Source: the human T2T-CHM13v2.0 reference genome, Homo sapiens. Taken from it: a stretch of 64,000 nt of DNA. The number at the start of each line of letters is the position of its first letter. Position 1 is the first letter of the stretch. The position numbers were made by a program, and so were the translations under genes. Under the pieces are notes generated by a model, which was not told the origin of the DNA, ran no database searches, and saw only the letters and a program-made list of their open reading frames with translations. The stretch lies in NCBI RefSeq assembly GCF_009914755.1, contig NC_060931.1; one strand, given 5' to 3'. Positions 33,277-47,994 of this stretch are shown here, piece by piece.

Positions 33277-33381
33277 TGTCAGACAGGTAATGTACTGACC
33301 TTGTAGTAAGGTTTGAGGGAGGCACATCTTACACATGAGGTGAAACCCCAATCATCACGCTTATGAACTATACGAAAGGAT
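33277..33381 (-). ncRNA. U13 snoRNA (SNORD13)-derived retrocopy, probably a pseudogene
   Basis: Minus strand reads ATCCTTTCGTATAGTTCATAAGCGTGATGATTGGGG...GATGTGCC...ACATTACCTGTCTGAC, collinear with U13. Box C (GTGATGA) and box D (CTGA) present, A-rich tail, degenerate 14-bp TSD (33250-33263 / 33383-33396). Confidence 0.88.
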
Positions 33382-34802
33382 CAAAATGACAATTTTATCA
33401 CATCAGAAAAGAGCACTAAAACTCTGCTTATGTACATAGGAACTGAGTTCTTCTGTGATCATTTTCAGATTATAATAGTAGAAATTTTTTTGAACGCTTG
33501 TTTTTTACCTTCTCTCTCCTGGAGCTGGGGAACTCTACAGTCCATTGGAATCAATTCAGATTTTAGTCTTAAAACTTTGAGGGTTGGGTCAGCTTCTTAG
33601 GTATGCAATAAGGTGTGGCAACTCTCCTTAGTATTTATGAGCTGGAAGGCTCCTTATTTCAAGGAGTGGCCTCTTCCAGAGAGTGCCTGAGCTGGAGTTT
33701 GGTAACAACTCCCTGATTCATGTAGAGGATGCCTCTAGAGTATGTGTCAAATGTTTGACCTTGAACACAGGAGAAAAAGAAATACAGACTTATTTAATCA
33801 TAGACTGAAATGCCATGATTTCAGTCTAATCTGCTAATTTTCAAAACCAGACTGGAATTATATTCAGGAACTATGCTTGTTGTAAACTGGGCTGTGTTTG
33901 TGAGCACACGTGTGTGTTTGTGTGTGTGTTTAATTGAACAGTTTAGAAGTTAAGTATTGAGGGCTTCAGGTATTTACAATAAGCAAACAATAGGAATTTT
34001 GCTGAAGGCGGTCATAGTTGGAGAGGGGACATTCTATGAATGATCATTTTGCTTTTCATTCATTGTGTATTTGGTCCCTGACTACAATATTAGCCATTTA
34101 ATGTTCTGTGGTCTAAATCTACACATTTTACTTGGATGGACTAATCATTTCTAAAATATCCCAAGTAAAATTTTATTAGTTTCAGTCCTTTTCCCCTCCC
34201 AGCTTCTTGATGTTTGGAAGGGTTTGACATAGTACTTGGCCACAGTGAAGGGGCTACATAATTATTGGAGAAACACATGGTTAAGCTAGATTGAAGGTGA
34301 AAGAAGATTGGTATTTTGTGTCATAGTTTTTAGTGGACATAATGTTTCTAGTGACATTGTGATGAGAGTTTTGGGTAAAGCATCAACTTCATACCTGTGA
34401 AATGACTGCAGAAATTTCCAAATGTCTTTTTACCCTTTTGTTCCCAATAAATGACCAGACCATGTCCTTAAGTGGCCCCATTTTTCCTGGAATAATGAAC
34501 AATAACTACACTATGATTTCTGGTGAATTTTTGAATTTTATTTTTGATTTAATGATTTATTTTAGAATATTAATGATACCTAATATATGAAAGGTCAGAA
34601 AATACAGATAATGTCCACCAATGTAAAATTACCACGCGTAAAACCTTTTGAACTTTGGAGACAAAAGCTCTAATTAAGTGTATGTGTATGTGTATGTGGA
34701 AATAGTTGGAAATGGTGATAGCTACAGCAATTCATGAATTGTTCTCATGGGTAAATTAAAAGGTTAACTCATGCAGTTCTGCTTTATCCCTCTGTTTTTT
34801 AG

Positions 34803-34848
34803 CTTTGATGATTGCCAGAACAAAGTGTTGGCTCTGCCTGGCTCTTTG
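34803..34848 (+). other. Candidate cassette (poison) exon in CDK14 intron 2
   Basis: GTTAAC branch-like motif, pyrimidine tract ending TTTTTTAG, 46 nt, donor TTG|GTGAGA. Alternative donor TTG|GTGAGT after 35001. Confidence 0.4.
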
Positions 34849-35302
34849 GTGAGAAATACAAAATTTTTAGCAATTAGAATAAACCTTTGAAATGCAAAGA
34901 ATTTCATATGTTTATGGCATATAATCCAGATAATTAAGCACTTAGTTTGTTTCCTAAAAATGGGTGACCGTGTATGAGTTTTCTAATTCTTCTCTGCTTT
35001 GGTGAGTTATTTTATGTTTGTGAAGTAGAAGGCTGCTAGCACTTATTTTGTCATTTTCCAGCTATTTTATTTTTTCAAATCCTAGGAAAATGTATACAAA
35101 GCGTATAAAATTAAAAAAAATTCTACATCTGGCCTGTGAGTGCTCCAAGCACATTTTTATAGGTTAACTTGCTTACTTTACATTTAGTATAACAATTCTG
35201 TTAGGTGGAGACTGTGCACAATGATATTGGCTTCTAGTCCATGTCCCTCTTTGTTATTTTATATAAAGATATAATACCAGAGATAATAAAGGTGGCAGTT
35301 AT

Positions 35303-35598
35303 TATTATTATTTTTTTGAGACTTGGTGTCCCTTGGTCATCCAGTTTGGAGTACAGTGGTGCCATCACGGCTCACTGCAGCCTCCACCTCCAAGGCCCAA
35401 CCTATCCTCCCACCTCAGCCTTCTAAGTAGCTGGGACCACAGGCATCCACCACCACCTGGCTAATTTTTGTATTTTTTGTAGAGATGGAGTCTCACCATA
35501 TTGTTCATGCTGGTCTCGAACTCCTGGTCTCAGGTGATCCTCCCATCTCAGCCTCCTAAAGTGTTGGGATTACAGGTGTGAGCCATCACATACAGCCA
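35303..35598 (-). mobile_element. AluJ-like
   Basis: Diverged antisense Alu. Confidence 0.88.
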
Positions 35599-35632
35599 TG
35601 CAGTGATTTTTATGAGAACCAGAATCTAGGGA

Positions 35633-36029
35633 TGATATGGTTTGGATCGTGTCCCTGCCAAATCTCGTGTTGGAAGGGGGGCCTGGTGGGAGGTGATTGG
35701 ATTGTGGGGGTGGATCCTTCTTGAATGATTTAGAACCATCCCCTTGGTGCTGTTCTGGTGATAGTGAGGGAATTCTTGTGAGAGCTGGTTGTTTAAAAGT
35801 GTGTAGCACCTCCCCCTTCGCTGTCTTGCTCTTAGCTTCTGCCATGTAAGAAGCTGGCTCTCCCTTTGCCTACTGCCAGGATTGGAAGCTTCCTGAGGCC
35901 TCCTTGGAAGCAGAAGTCACTAGGATTCCTGTACATCCTGCATATCCATGAGCCAATTCAGCCTCCTTTCTTTATAAATTACCTGGTCTCAGGAATTTCT
36001 TTATAGCAATGTGAAAATGGACTAATACA
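35633..36029 (+). mobile_element. MaLR solo LTR (MSTA/MSTB-like)
   Basis: TGATATGGTTTGGAT...GGGAGGTGATTGGAT...TTTATAAATTACC...ATGGACTAATACA; TG...CA termini. Confidence 0.88.
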
Positions 36030-36772
36030 AGTGGTTAGATACAAATATGATTTGTGGATATTTCTGGTCATTCTTTTCCATTTATTGAGCATGGTGGAAG
36101 CTGGTTCAGTCTTTTCTCTACCCTGACTATCACCATTAAGGGCTGTCTCAGTGTCCATATGGATGATGTATACGCTGTCATACAACATTCTAGCATCCCT
36201 GACTTTCTCGTCTCATACCTGCTTTACCCTTATTTGGTTTCTGCAGGAACTGCATCTTACTGGGACTGTCCTAGATTTAAAATATTAAATCCCACTAACA
36301 ATCTTTCCTGTTTAGCTTTCTCACTGCTGCTGTATTCCCTGTATCTTTTCTTTGCCGGCTTCCAGTTTCTAGATGATCCCTTCTCTGCCTGTCCCATCCC
36401 ATTCTCATAGTCCATAACCCATTCTCCCCCATAGTTCCTTCCCTGATCACTCAGGGAACATCACTCTCTTGCTGGTATCCTCAATGGCCTTACCCCTTTG
36501 TACTTCATTTGTAATGTACGCTGCCAGCCCTTGATTTTGACCTGGCATCTTTTCCTATCTTACCTAGTGGCTGCCAAGAGCTGCTTGAGGAAATCACTCT
36601 ATAAATAAATTTATCATTTCCATCCTTAGCTGGAACGTCAGGCAACTGTGGACCATCTTGCATTTGTGTCCTTGTGCCGCTGGCCTGTTTCCTGCTGAAC
36701 TCTTTTCACTCCCCCTAAGCCTTCTTGCGACCCTCCTCCACCCTTTCTTCTTTTAGTAGAAGGCTTTCTCTC

Positions 36773-37191
36773 TGTTAGTTTCCTAGGGCTGCCCTAGCAA
36801 AGTACCACAAACTGTGTGACTTAAATAACAGAATTTTTATTGTCTCACAGTTCTGGAGACCAGAAGTCTGACAAACAGTAGCAGAGTTGGTTCTTTCAGA
36901 GGACTGTTAGAGAAGGCTCCATTCCAGGCCTCTCCCCTTAGCTCTAGATGACTACCTTCTCCCTGTGTCTTTTTACATTGTTTTCCCTTAATGCATGGCT
37001 GTCTATCTAAATTTCCCCTTTTTACAAGGATACAAGTCATATTAGATTAGGGGCTCACCCTACTTCAGTATGACCTCTTAATTTAATTACATCTGTACGA
37101 CCCCCTTTTCAAAATAAGATCACTTTTGGAGGTACTGGGGATTAAGACTTCGATATATGAATTTTTGGTGGACACAATTCAACCTGTAATA
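36773..37191 (-). mobile_element. MaLR solo LTR (MLT1B/C-like)
   Basis: TTAGTTTCCTAGGGCTGCC...TCTCACAGTTCTGGAG...GGACACAATTCAACC antisense MLT1 pattern. Confidence 0.82.
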
Positions 37192-38016
37192 CCCTCCAAC
37201 TTCTTAGAGCCCTTAATACCGTTAGGTGTCCACTCCCTGTCAACATCCTGCCCATTCATGTACCCTCATTTGCTCCAGTCTTACCTCCTTTTTTCCCATT
37301 GATCTCAGAGGGGGTTTTGTCCTTTGTTTTGTTCCAGGCCAGTTCCTCCTCCTGTCTTCTCAATTCCTTTCCCTCTTTTCTACTCCAGAAGCTTACATAA
37401 TTGATTCTTTCCTTTCTTTTCTATGTTTTCTGCCCTCTCCTTTTTCTAGATACTTTCACCATAGGCTCTGAACATGCTTAAGTCTTCCCCATCTTGTCCA
37501 TAACTTCAGCCTTCTGTCCTCTATGATCAGTTTTCATGCTCTGGTTGAGTGGTTGATGTACACTTGACGTCAGTGTGGCTGACTCAGCTTTCTATTCTAA
37601 CCTCCACATCCAGATGTCCAACTGCCCACTAGAAGTTTCTGCCGCTATGTCTCACAGTCACCTTGATTTCAGCACATATCATTAATTCTTGTATTTCCCC
37701 AAGCATGCATCTTCTCTTGTTCCTCTCTCTGCTATTGGCTGTACCAGCCACATGATTTTCCAAGCTAAAAACCTGATGCTATCCTAACCTTTTCTCCAAC
37801 CCCGCATCCAGGTGTTGGCTTGGTTTTTGTTCCTTGCTGTCATATCCATTCTCACAGCTGATGTGCACACTCAGCTTTGTCATCTCTTCCTGGACTTGGA
37901 GTAGTTGTATAACTGACTTCCCTGCCTACGACTTGCCTCCTGCTCCAACAGAATGATGGGTCTGAAATACAAATTTGCCGATCCCCTGCTTACTGCTTTA
38001 AAAGGTGCAGGTTTAA

Positions 38017-38405
<389 letters not shown>

Positions 38406-38737
38406 TCAAACAGTTATCTTTTATTTTCGTGACTTCATTATCATTGCAGCTGCTGCCATCTCAGTTCAGAACCTTTTCACTTTTACCTATTTTAGTTCAA
38501 TAAACTCTTCATTGGTATCACTGCTCCATCTTATTCCTCCACTCAGCCTTCCCAAAACATCTTTCTTGTCATAGTACTCCCCTGTTCAAAGATTCATGCA
38601 TCAAATGACGTTTGTTTTATGTCAGGCTGGATATGGTCTCAGCCTGACTCTTGATCTAGTTCAGCCTCACAGGCATTTATGGGTTGACCATCTCTCAGCA
38701 TCTTACAGGGCTGGGCCTGGGTGGAGATTCAATCTCA

Positions 38738-39073
<336 letters not shown>

Positions 39074-39697
39074 TTACTTTCTGTACTGTTTTATTTTCAC
39101 TGTGGTCATATCTGCCAGTCCTAGATGCTATGAACCTTCCATGCAAGAGGTCTAAAAGTTAGACTGTTCTTTAATTATGCCAGTAATCCAGAAAGTCATT
39201 ATATTTCAAATTCAGCATTTAAGATAGCTGAAAAAGAACATCACTACCTCCTTAATTCTCTCATTGGAAATTTAGTTTTAATTTTCTGATGCTTAAAACT
39301 TTCTGTGCTTCAGTTTTTCCTTTTTATAAATGTTTGATCATATTTACCATCTCCCTAATTATGGTAGACATAATTATCATAATTAGGTCTAGTCCCAGAC
39401 AGTGGCTCAAATGTCTGCGTAGTGCTGTAAAGATTCAGAGAGGAAGTACATGTCACAAAGTGCAAGATGTATGACATTTGGGAGAATTAGTCACTTTCAA
39501 TTTGTAATTCTCAAAAGGCAGAATATTACAGAAATGGAAAACATGAGTAGTGTCCTCTTTCCGTTGTGAGCACCCTGCATCCTGGTGGCAGGCTGTATAG
39601 CCTGTAGGAAGTCTCTGCTGTAAGGGTGGTTAGTGTTCCCTCCTGGGCAGTGCTCTGATTTGCATGTTTGAATTCATTTGTTGAAAGCTGACCTTTG

Positions 39698-40023
<326 letters not shown>

Positions 40024-40278
40024 CTACTCTATTTTCTTCAACAAGTGCAAAATGGGCTCAGCTGCAGTACATTATGCCTATTTTCCTTCTGACTGGAATT
40101 TGAGTCATCAATTTAGAAATTTTTATATTGCTGGGTTGTGATTGGGATGGCTTCTCCTATTAGGAACCATAGCAATCATTGAAATCAGTGAAGCCAAGGT
40201 GGGTCAGAGTTTTCTCAGGACTGGACCATAGATTCCAGTCCTGAGTGTTTGAGACTATTTTTTATAGTCCCAAACACT

Positions 40279-40593
<315 letters not shown>

Positions 40594-40879
40594 TAACTCT
40601 TATTATTCTTGTCATAAAACTTATAAAAGGCATAATTACAAGATATTGGAACCAGCAGTTTGCTTTCAGTTTTGCAAGCTTAATTTCTTTAGGTCTCATC
40701 AGCGTCTTAAAGGAGCTCTTTCATCATTTTAAGGGAATAATTGAAGTAATGTTCACTTTCCCTTCTGAATCTATTTTATTTTCAATGTGTAAAGTTCTGG
40801 TTATTTTTCCAACTTACTATTTATTTTTTAAGTTTTCCTTCTTTCTTAGTAACTTAGTTTTCTTAAATTTCTTTTTAAA

Positions 40880-41022
40880 ATTAATTTTTTTAAAAAAATA
40901 ATAAAAAAGATGGCATCTCATTGTATTGCCCAGACTGGTCTTGAACTCCTGGGCTCAAGCAGTCCACCAGTTTCAGCCTCTCAAAATGCTGGAATTACAG
41001 ACATGAGCCACTGTACCTGGCT
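40880..41022 (-). mobile_element. Alu left-arm/FLAM fragment
   Basis: Single antisense arm. Confidence 0.75.
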
Positions 41023-44000
41023 GTCTTTTAGTTTTATTTTATTAACTCTTTTGAAATGAACTGTTGTTTCTTTTAGGCATATGAGCCTGGGAATTTTCTT
41101 AAAATTAATTAATTTATTTATTTATTTTGCCTTGGTAAGTTTATTGTGACCTGGGTGTTCCACGAGCATCCTAAACTTAGGCTGGGGATATGGAAAATTA
41201 TTTTACAGTGGTTTTAGGAAAAAGCCAGGTATTAGCAAAAAATTATAAGATTCTGAAATCATCTGCAAGTATGGCATGTCTTATAGTGCAACATTATATG
41301 ATTAATTTTTTAATAATGAAATTAATAGTTTTCCTGTTTTTCAATAGCTACTCTAAATTCTATGATAATGATGAATCTTATGTGTATGAGTAAGGAATGT
41401 GTTGAAAAAAAATTTTAAGGTTTTTATGACCCATGTAGTTATAATACGATAGAAAAAAAGTTTTCAATATGCACTTTTATACCTAGATGAAAATGCATCA
41501 GGCAAGTACTTATTCGACCTTTCACTGATTAAGAATATCTTTCTCCAATCTTGCAAGTTACAATTTAAAAGACATTTGGAATTGCTTAGAGAACCCAGGG
41601 AGTCCTGGATTCTACAATTCTGTGTGCTCTTTTGTGTTTTCTCAGTCTCTGACTACCCTCATGTAAGATGTCTATAAAGTGTGGTATTTAGAATAAAACT
41701 ATGATGTTTTTCAGAGTTTGGGAACTATTCTAGTCTAGCAGATCTCGAACACGTTATAACTCTGTGTTCTGATCAGCTGAAATATTGAAGTGTGTGAATA
41801 CTTTTCTTTAAAAAATGAGTATATTGAAGTCAGTCTTTCAATTATGTTTTGGTATTTTTTTTGAGTGGGAAAGAAGGGGGCTGAGTTGCAGTTAGAGTAC
41901 CAGGAATTTGGCTTATTCCAGATTTGCCCATGGGAATGTGCCAAATATGAAATTATAACCTGTGACATATCTCTTGGATAACTTAGTTGTCTTGGAGTAT
42001 TAGTTTTTCTATTTTAACGGATTTTCAAAAAAGGAGATTGCACCAGTTCTATAAAGCAGTGATGGGCTGTGGTAGAGGTGGAGGGTGAGAGTTTTCAAAG
42101 TGCTCTGTAAAGATTTTGGTGCAGGTCTCTTCACTTCCCCTATCAAAATATTCACGCACCTTGAAAATTTTGCTGCTGTAGTTAGGAAGGGTTGTTATTG
42201 GGGGTGTGTCATATCCCTCAAGTGAGTTCAGAGTTTGAGAGCCTTTCTTTTAAAATATCTGTTGCTGAATTATTAGGAGTTGAAGATGGATATTGGTACA
42301 ATCATATGCAACCTTAATTTTTTTTGGAACAGCTCTTGGTTTTAGATAATGCTTTCTGATTTTTGATTCAGAAAATATAGTCTTCTTAGTCCTAAAATTG
42401 TGTATTTATTAATATCAAATTCATAATCCAGAAATTTTAGCCAAAAGAAAAACTAAAACAGTGATACAGAAATTTCTAACAAAGAAATGGATAAGTAAGC
42501 ATTATTTTATAACAGAGAAAAATGAGTGAGAATAACTTATGGTTACTTTTGATTTTAATGAAAACATTTTTTATTAAAAAATATAGGTAAAGAAGAGAGA
42601 TGTTAGTTACAGTTATTCAGGGCATGAATTACAAATTCTTTTGTGTTATAGGTGCTCGTTTATTTTAAATCTTCAGCTATATAGCTCTCTTTGTATTGTC
42701 TTCAAGTCAATATGATGGAGAATGTCCTGCAGTGCCTGATTCTCTTCTCTTAAAAGGCAGACTATTTAATCTTACAAATGAGCATCCTTGGGTCATTACA
42801 TATTGGGGTTCAGGTGTGCAAAAGGCTTGGTAACATATGGCTTGTCCCCAGATGCCCTAATTGAGTTCAAAACTTTCCCCAAGAGGTTTGCATTACTTTA
42901 TCTAAATGATGTGTTACATGTGCAACAAAAAAGGTGTTTTAGTCATGAAAGGAAAAAAATAAATGTGTACTTGCAAGATACAATGCAAATTGTACAGTGT
43001 ACATTGCACTAATTTCTATATAGTTATTAGAAGATAAAAAAGATGAAAACCCATAAAAGTGACATTAATTGGATGACCACAGTTTTGGATGATGCACTTT
43101 GATGATCTTCAGCATTCCCTTTAGTTACCTTATTATATCATCATCATCATATATATATATGTGTGCCTGTGTATATATACACATATTTTCCTCCATTTTG
43201 ATTATTTTTTTTTCAGGCAAGATAGTTAGGCATATTAAACTCAATGGTGGACTTTTTTTTCAGCTTCAAAACCTTACCTCTTATCACAATTACATGTGTT
43301 TCATTGAATAATTTTAATATTTGCTATTAAGAAAAGTAATTATGTTCATGGCAGAACATGTATAAAATAGAAATTATTATTTACAGTGAAACAGCCATTG
43401 TATGTAGAGTATGATCTCGGTTTTGTAAGATTATAAGTATCCTCTCCATGGGGGAAAACATCTGAAAAAAAGGAAATACAACAAATGGATAATGGGGAGA
43501 TTGGGGTTTATTGAAATTGTGACTTGCTCAGAGTCCCTTAGCTAGAAGGTGGTGGTTTAATCTAGTATTCTAACCTAGTCTCTCTGCATCCAAACTACGC
43601 TGCCTCCCAGGAGAAGGGAGAAAGGGAGAAATAACATCTAGGTACTACTACTACAGGTGCAGCATATAGTTGGGAAAACAAAGTTCTTACAAAGAAACAA
43701 CTGATTTTGGTAGTAATTCTAGCAGATGAATTACTGCTAGAATTAGGCCTAAAAAAGGCCTAAAAGTGAACCTTAAAGATTCCTGCCATAGATCTATGTC
43801 ATTTTTGAACTGAGTTACACACATTTTACAGAGAGGAAACTGAGACCCAGGGAGATTAAATCATTATGTTACTAAATAATGTTGCTGAAGAGAACATGGT
43901 TGATTAGTCGTTGTGAAATCAAGGGAGTTTCTTTGCTGAATTACTCTTTAGGTTTTAGATTTCAGTTTCAAGGTTACGTTAAAACTAAGCTTGTATTGCC

Positions 44001-45989
44001 ATTTTTATCTGGATTTAGGTGGGGAGTGGGTGGATTGTTTGGTGAGATGTAAACTTGATCCTTCGGGTAGTAATTTGTTTAGTAAAAATTTCCTGCTAGA
44101 CATGAGGGCTCTGTAGTCAATGAAGATTATGGAAGGTTAACTATTGGTTGAGGTACCATGGACCACCTTGTGATATACAGACTGGTTTGAGCTGGAAGGC
44201 ATGATGAGAAAACTGCTGTGTTTTAACTAGCATGTTCTGAAAAAAGTGTCAGAACATCTTTCAATGGGCGTAAATTGCCTTCACTGAGCAAGGCAAATGG
44301 TTAGTATTGAACAGAAAATGTCAGATAATAAATTCATTCATTTTCTTCGAATCCTGAATATATACACTTGGATTATTAGCTTGTGCGTGTGAAGCCACTC
44401 TGGCTTCATTTTTATTTCATATTATGACAGCTAAAATCTTTGTGAAGATTAAAAATATGGAGGAAACAGACAGGTTTTTAATATTTACATCTTAGAAAGA
44501 TGAAGACTTTAGGTGGGTATAGGGAGAAACATTCAATACTTTGGATTCTTTTTTATTGGTAGAGTGAGTGCTAAGAAAAGGGATAGACCAATTTTTTTTC
44601 TCTCTTTCTCTCCTTTTCCTTTACGTAAACATAAAATGCTTCCAATTCACTGGATTTTCTTCTATGCTTCCAATATCATTGCATTTTCTTCTTTCCTTTT
44701 TCTTTGTTCTTTCTGAAAACACCTTGCTTTTGGTGGTTTAGTTGCCAGCCACTGGGCTCCACCTTGCCCTCAAGCCTTTCATGACCCAGGTGCTGGGTCC
44801 AGTGAATGAACTTTTGGTTGCTTTTGCCATCTTTGTACCAGACATAATACTTTTTTGATGTGCAACTGGTGCAGGCAAGGGAAGATGAAGGGGGAAGTCT
44901 CAGGCAGGAGTTAGAGATGTTTTATAATGATTGGCCGTCTTCTGCTATTAGAGCACAGAATTATGGCTCCTAAAAAAAGACTTGGCTTTTCTGATGATCC
45001 CCACTGCATTTAATGGACTAGTTCTGCAAGTATTTACATTGTTTGATGTACTTTATCTTTCCTTTTTACCATCAGTTGAGTTGGAAAGATTTGAGGACAC
45101 ATACAGAAAGAGTGATTTTAGATTCTTTTCTGATACCATTTGGACTCAGAAGTAGGAGAATTTGTGCCTTATTGTGTCTTTTTCTTTTGCTTTTTGATGA
45201 GAAGGAGCAGGGAAGTAAAAATCTCAAGAGAGCAGAATCAGTTTTCCGGTCACCAAGCTCATTAAGTTAATATTTACTTTTAAAATGAATGTATTTGCCA
45301 GCCCTTCCCACTGTTTGTTTGGGAAGCATTTAACATACATTTGAGAGCCTCTAACTTGTTTCCACCTCCATTGGGTATTTCACTTCTCAGACTGGTGGCG
45401 GTGAGTGTGATGCGTGGATCCCAGTTGTAACATCTGTTTCTGTCACTTCAATATTACGTTTATCTTGAGGGTAAAGGAAGGGAAAGAAATGAAGCTAAGG
45501 CAATTTTTCCCTGTTTTTCTGTGTCTACTGCACAATATTGATTGAATGATATTTAACATCTCTAGTGCTTTTAAGCCCATTTCAAATAACACAATTGACA
45601 CATATGTAGGGGTTTAAGGAAACTGGACATTTAAATAAAAGATACAGCCTGAAAACTCAAAGATTACATTTGAAAATCTCTTTCCAGTATTCCATAAAAT
45701 GATATTTACAGTTTTTTTGTCTCTTGATACCTGCAACTTTCTAGATGAAAGCTGTTATTTTTCTTTAGGCCTCAGATGAGTATTTTTTCACTATTAAAAA
45801 TTTTAATGAACATAAAATACTGATTATTTTAACTTCTATAAATATTTAATAACCAAGGTCTTCAGGTACATTGTATCGTAATTTCTGTTGGTTTTTTAAA
45901 GCTTGCTGTGTGAGAGAACTGACCGTTATGTTTAATTATTTGAAGGCTGTTTTGGGGAATGTAAAAATTGATACTGAAGGAAAAAAAGA

Positions 45990-46312
<323 letters not shown>

Positions 46313-47888
46313 TCATGATCTAGTTGACATCCCCTTGCTGTTACAAGTATGTATATTAAATGTTTCTGTAATACATGTCCTACAAGATGATGTATCAATG
46401 TATAGTATTTTTGTCTAGTTGGCAACCTGAGAAATATTTATGAGCTTTCAGTGGGACATCTACCACTTCAAGGATCAGCAAGGCACAGACAAGCCACAGG
46501 AATTATTAACTCAACAAATTATTAACTTATCAAATTAATTATCTAATTATTAACTCAGTTGACTGGGCTGGGTATTTTTCTTTGAGATTTCTTTTATTTT
46601 TGGTGGATCGATTGATTGGCACTGGCATGTCAGGGGCAATGACAATGCTGTCTCTAGCTGAAACTCTGTGCTCTCCAGACGGCGGTGAGTGACGCTTCTC
46701 CACCTGAACAACCTCAGAATCTGGGTGTGAGTGGAAAGTGCAAGAGCGCTGGAATCTCCTTCACCCATCTTCCAGCTTGTCCCCGTATCCCTATTTATAA
46801 TCTGTGTGAGGCCATCTAGTAGTCTCCTTTTCCTTATCTGTACAACAGAGGTAACCCTCTCCACCTGGCAAAGTTGTAAGAATTAATGAAATAATGCTTG
46901 TAATTCCTGTAAAGGGTCTTGGCACGGAGCAGGCACCACCGTTTCATAGAGCTGGGCTGTGCCTCTCAAAGCATTGGCACATGCAGTGTGGTGCTGCACG
47001 TGACATTTGGGCCATCCTCCACATGAGTCCTCACATCTGTGGGCACAAGCTGAGGGGCACATGGAGACTCCTGGCTTTATGATGGGAACACCAGCAGTCT
47101 AATTTTAGGAACCTCCACATTTTAAAGAGGGGGAAACTGAGTCTGTAAAGTCCAAATTTAGGCTTCCTCCTTTTGTTGCCCCACTTCTGCCCATCACAGT
47201 GGCCTTGCTATGACCACGTGTTACTGGATCTGGCAGAAAAGGAATGTCCACTGGTGGGGTTTGTATGCCAGGTGGTTTTTGGTGGATGGGAGTTTGCATC
47301 CCACAAGACAGTCAGGAGCTCTGCATATGTGAGCACTACTAACTCATGTTTTAGAAGGAAACAGCGTTCACATATGTCACATCTACAGTGTGCATCTGGT
47401 CACAGGATTTCCAGAGGTCTATGATGATTACCCCAGATACAGAGGGAGGGAAAATCTCCCTGTACCTCCTCGTTTTTGGGTTGGTGCCTCGCCAGAGGTT
47501 TTCTGATTCTTCTTGGTTCCCTTTCTTGTTTGCCTGCATTTGTACTGGCTCATGTTTATTGTCTGGCAGGGGAAGCCCCTTTGTCTCTACTCCATGTGTC
47601 TTGTGTTCATGTGTTGAGTAACTGGGGCATTTTCTCCATTGTAGACATCACAGTCTTGGGACCTGTTGTTTGAGCAGATGTTCACATCCTTAAAATACTC
47701 TCTTCCCCCTGCAAGACTGTGTAAGGTTCCTGAGGGCAGAGACAGCATTTCTACCTCTCTCTGAATCTCATTCTTTCAGAACAGTCCTTTGCACCTAGTA
47801 GGTGCTGAATAAAAGTTGCTTGAGAGAATAAACAGATAATACTTTTGGAGTCTTTTAGGTGAATTTGTTCCCATAATTCAGACTTTTT

Positions 47889-47994
47889 TTCCTTCCTTCC
47901 TTCCTTCCTTCCTTCCTTCCTTCCTTCCTTCCTGCCTTCCTGCCTTCCTGCCTTCCTGCCTTCCTGCCTTCCTGCCTTCCTTCCTTCCTTCCTT
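47889..47994. repeat. Compound microsatellite [CCTT]10[CCTGCCTT]6[CCTT]4 (GGAA repeat on the minus strand)
   Basis: Read directly from the sequence. Confidence 0.95.
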
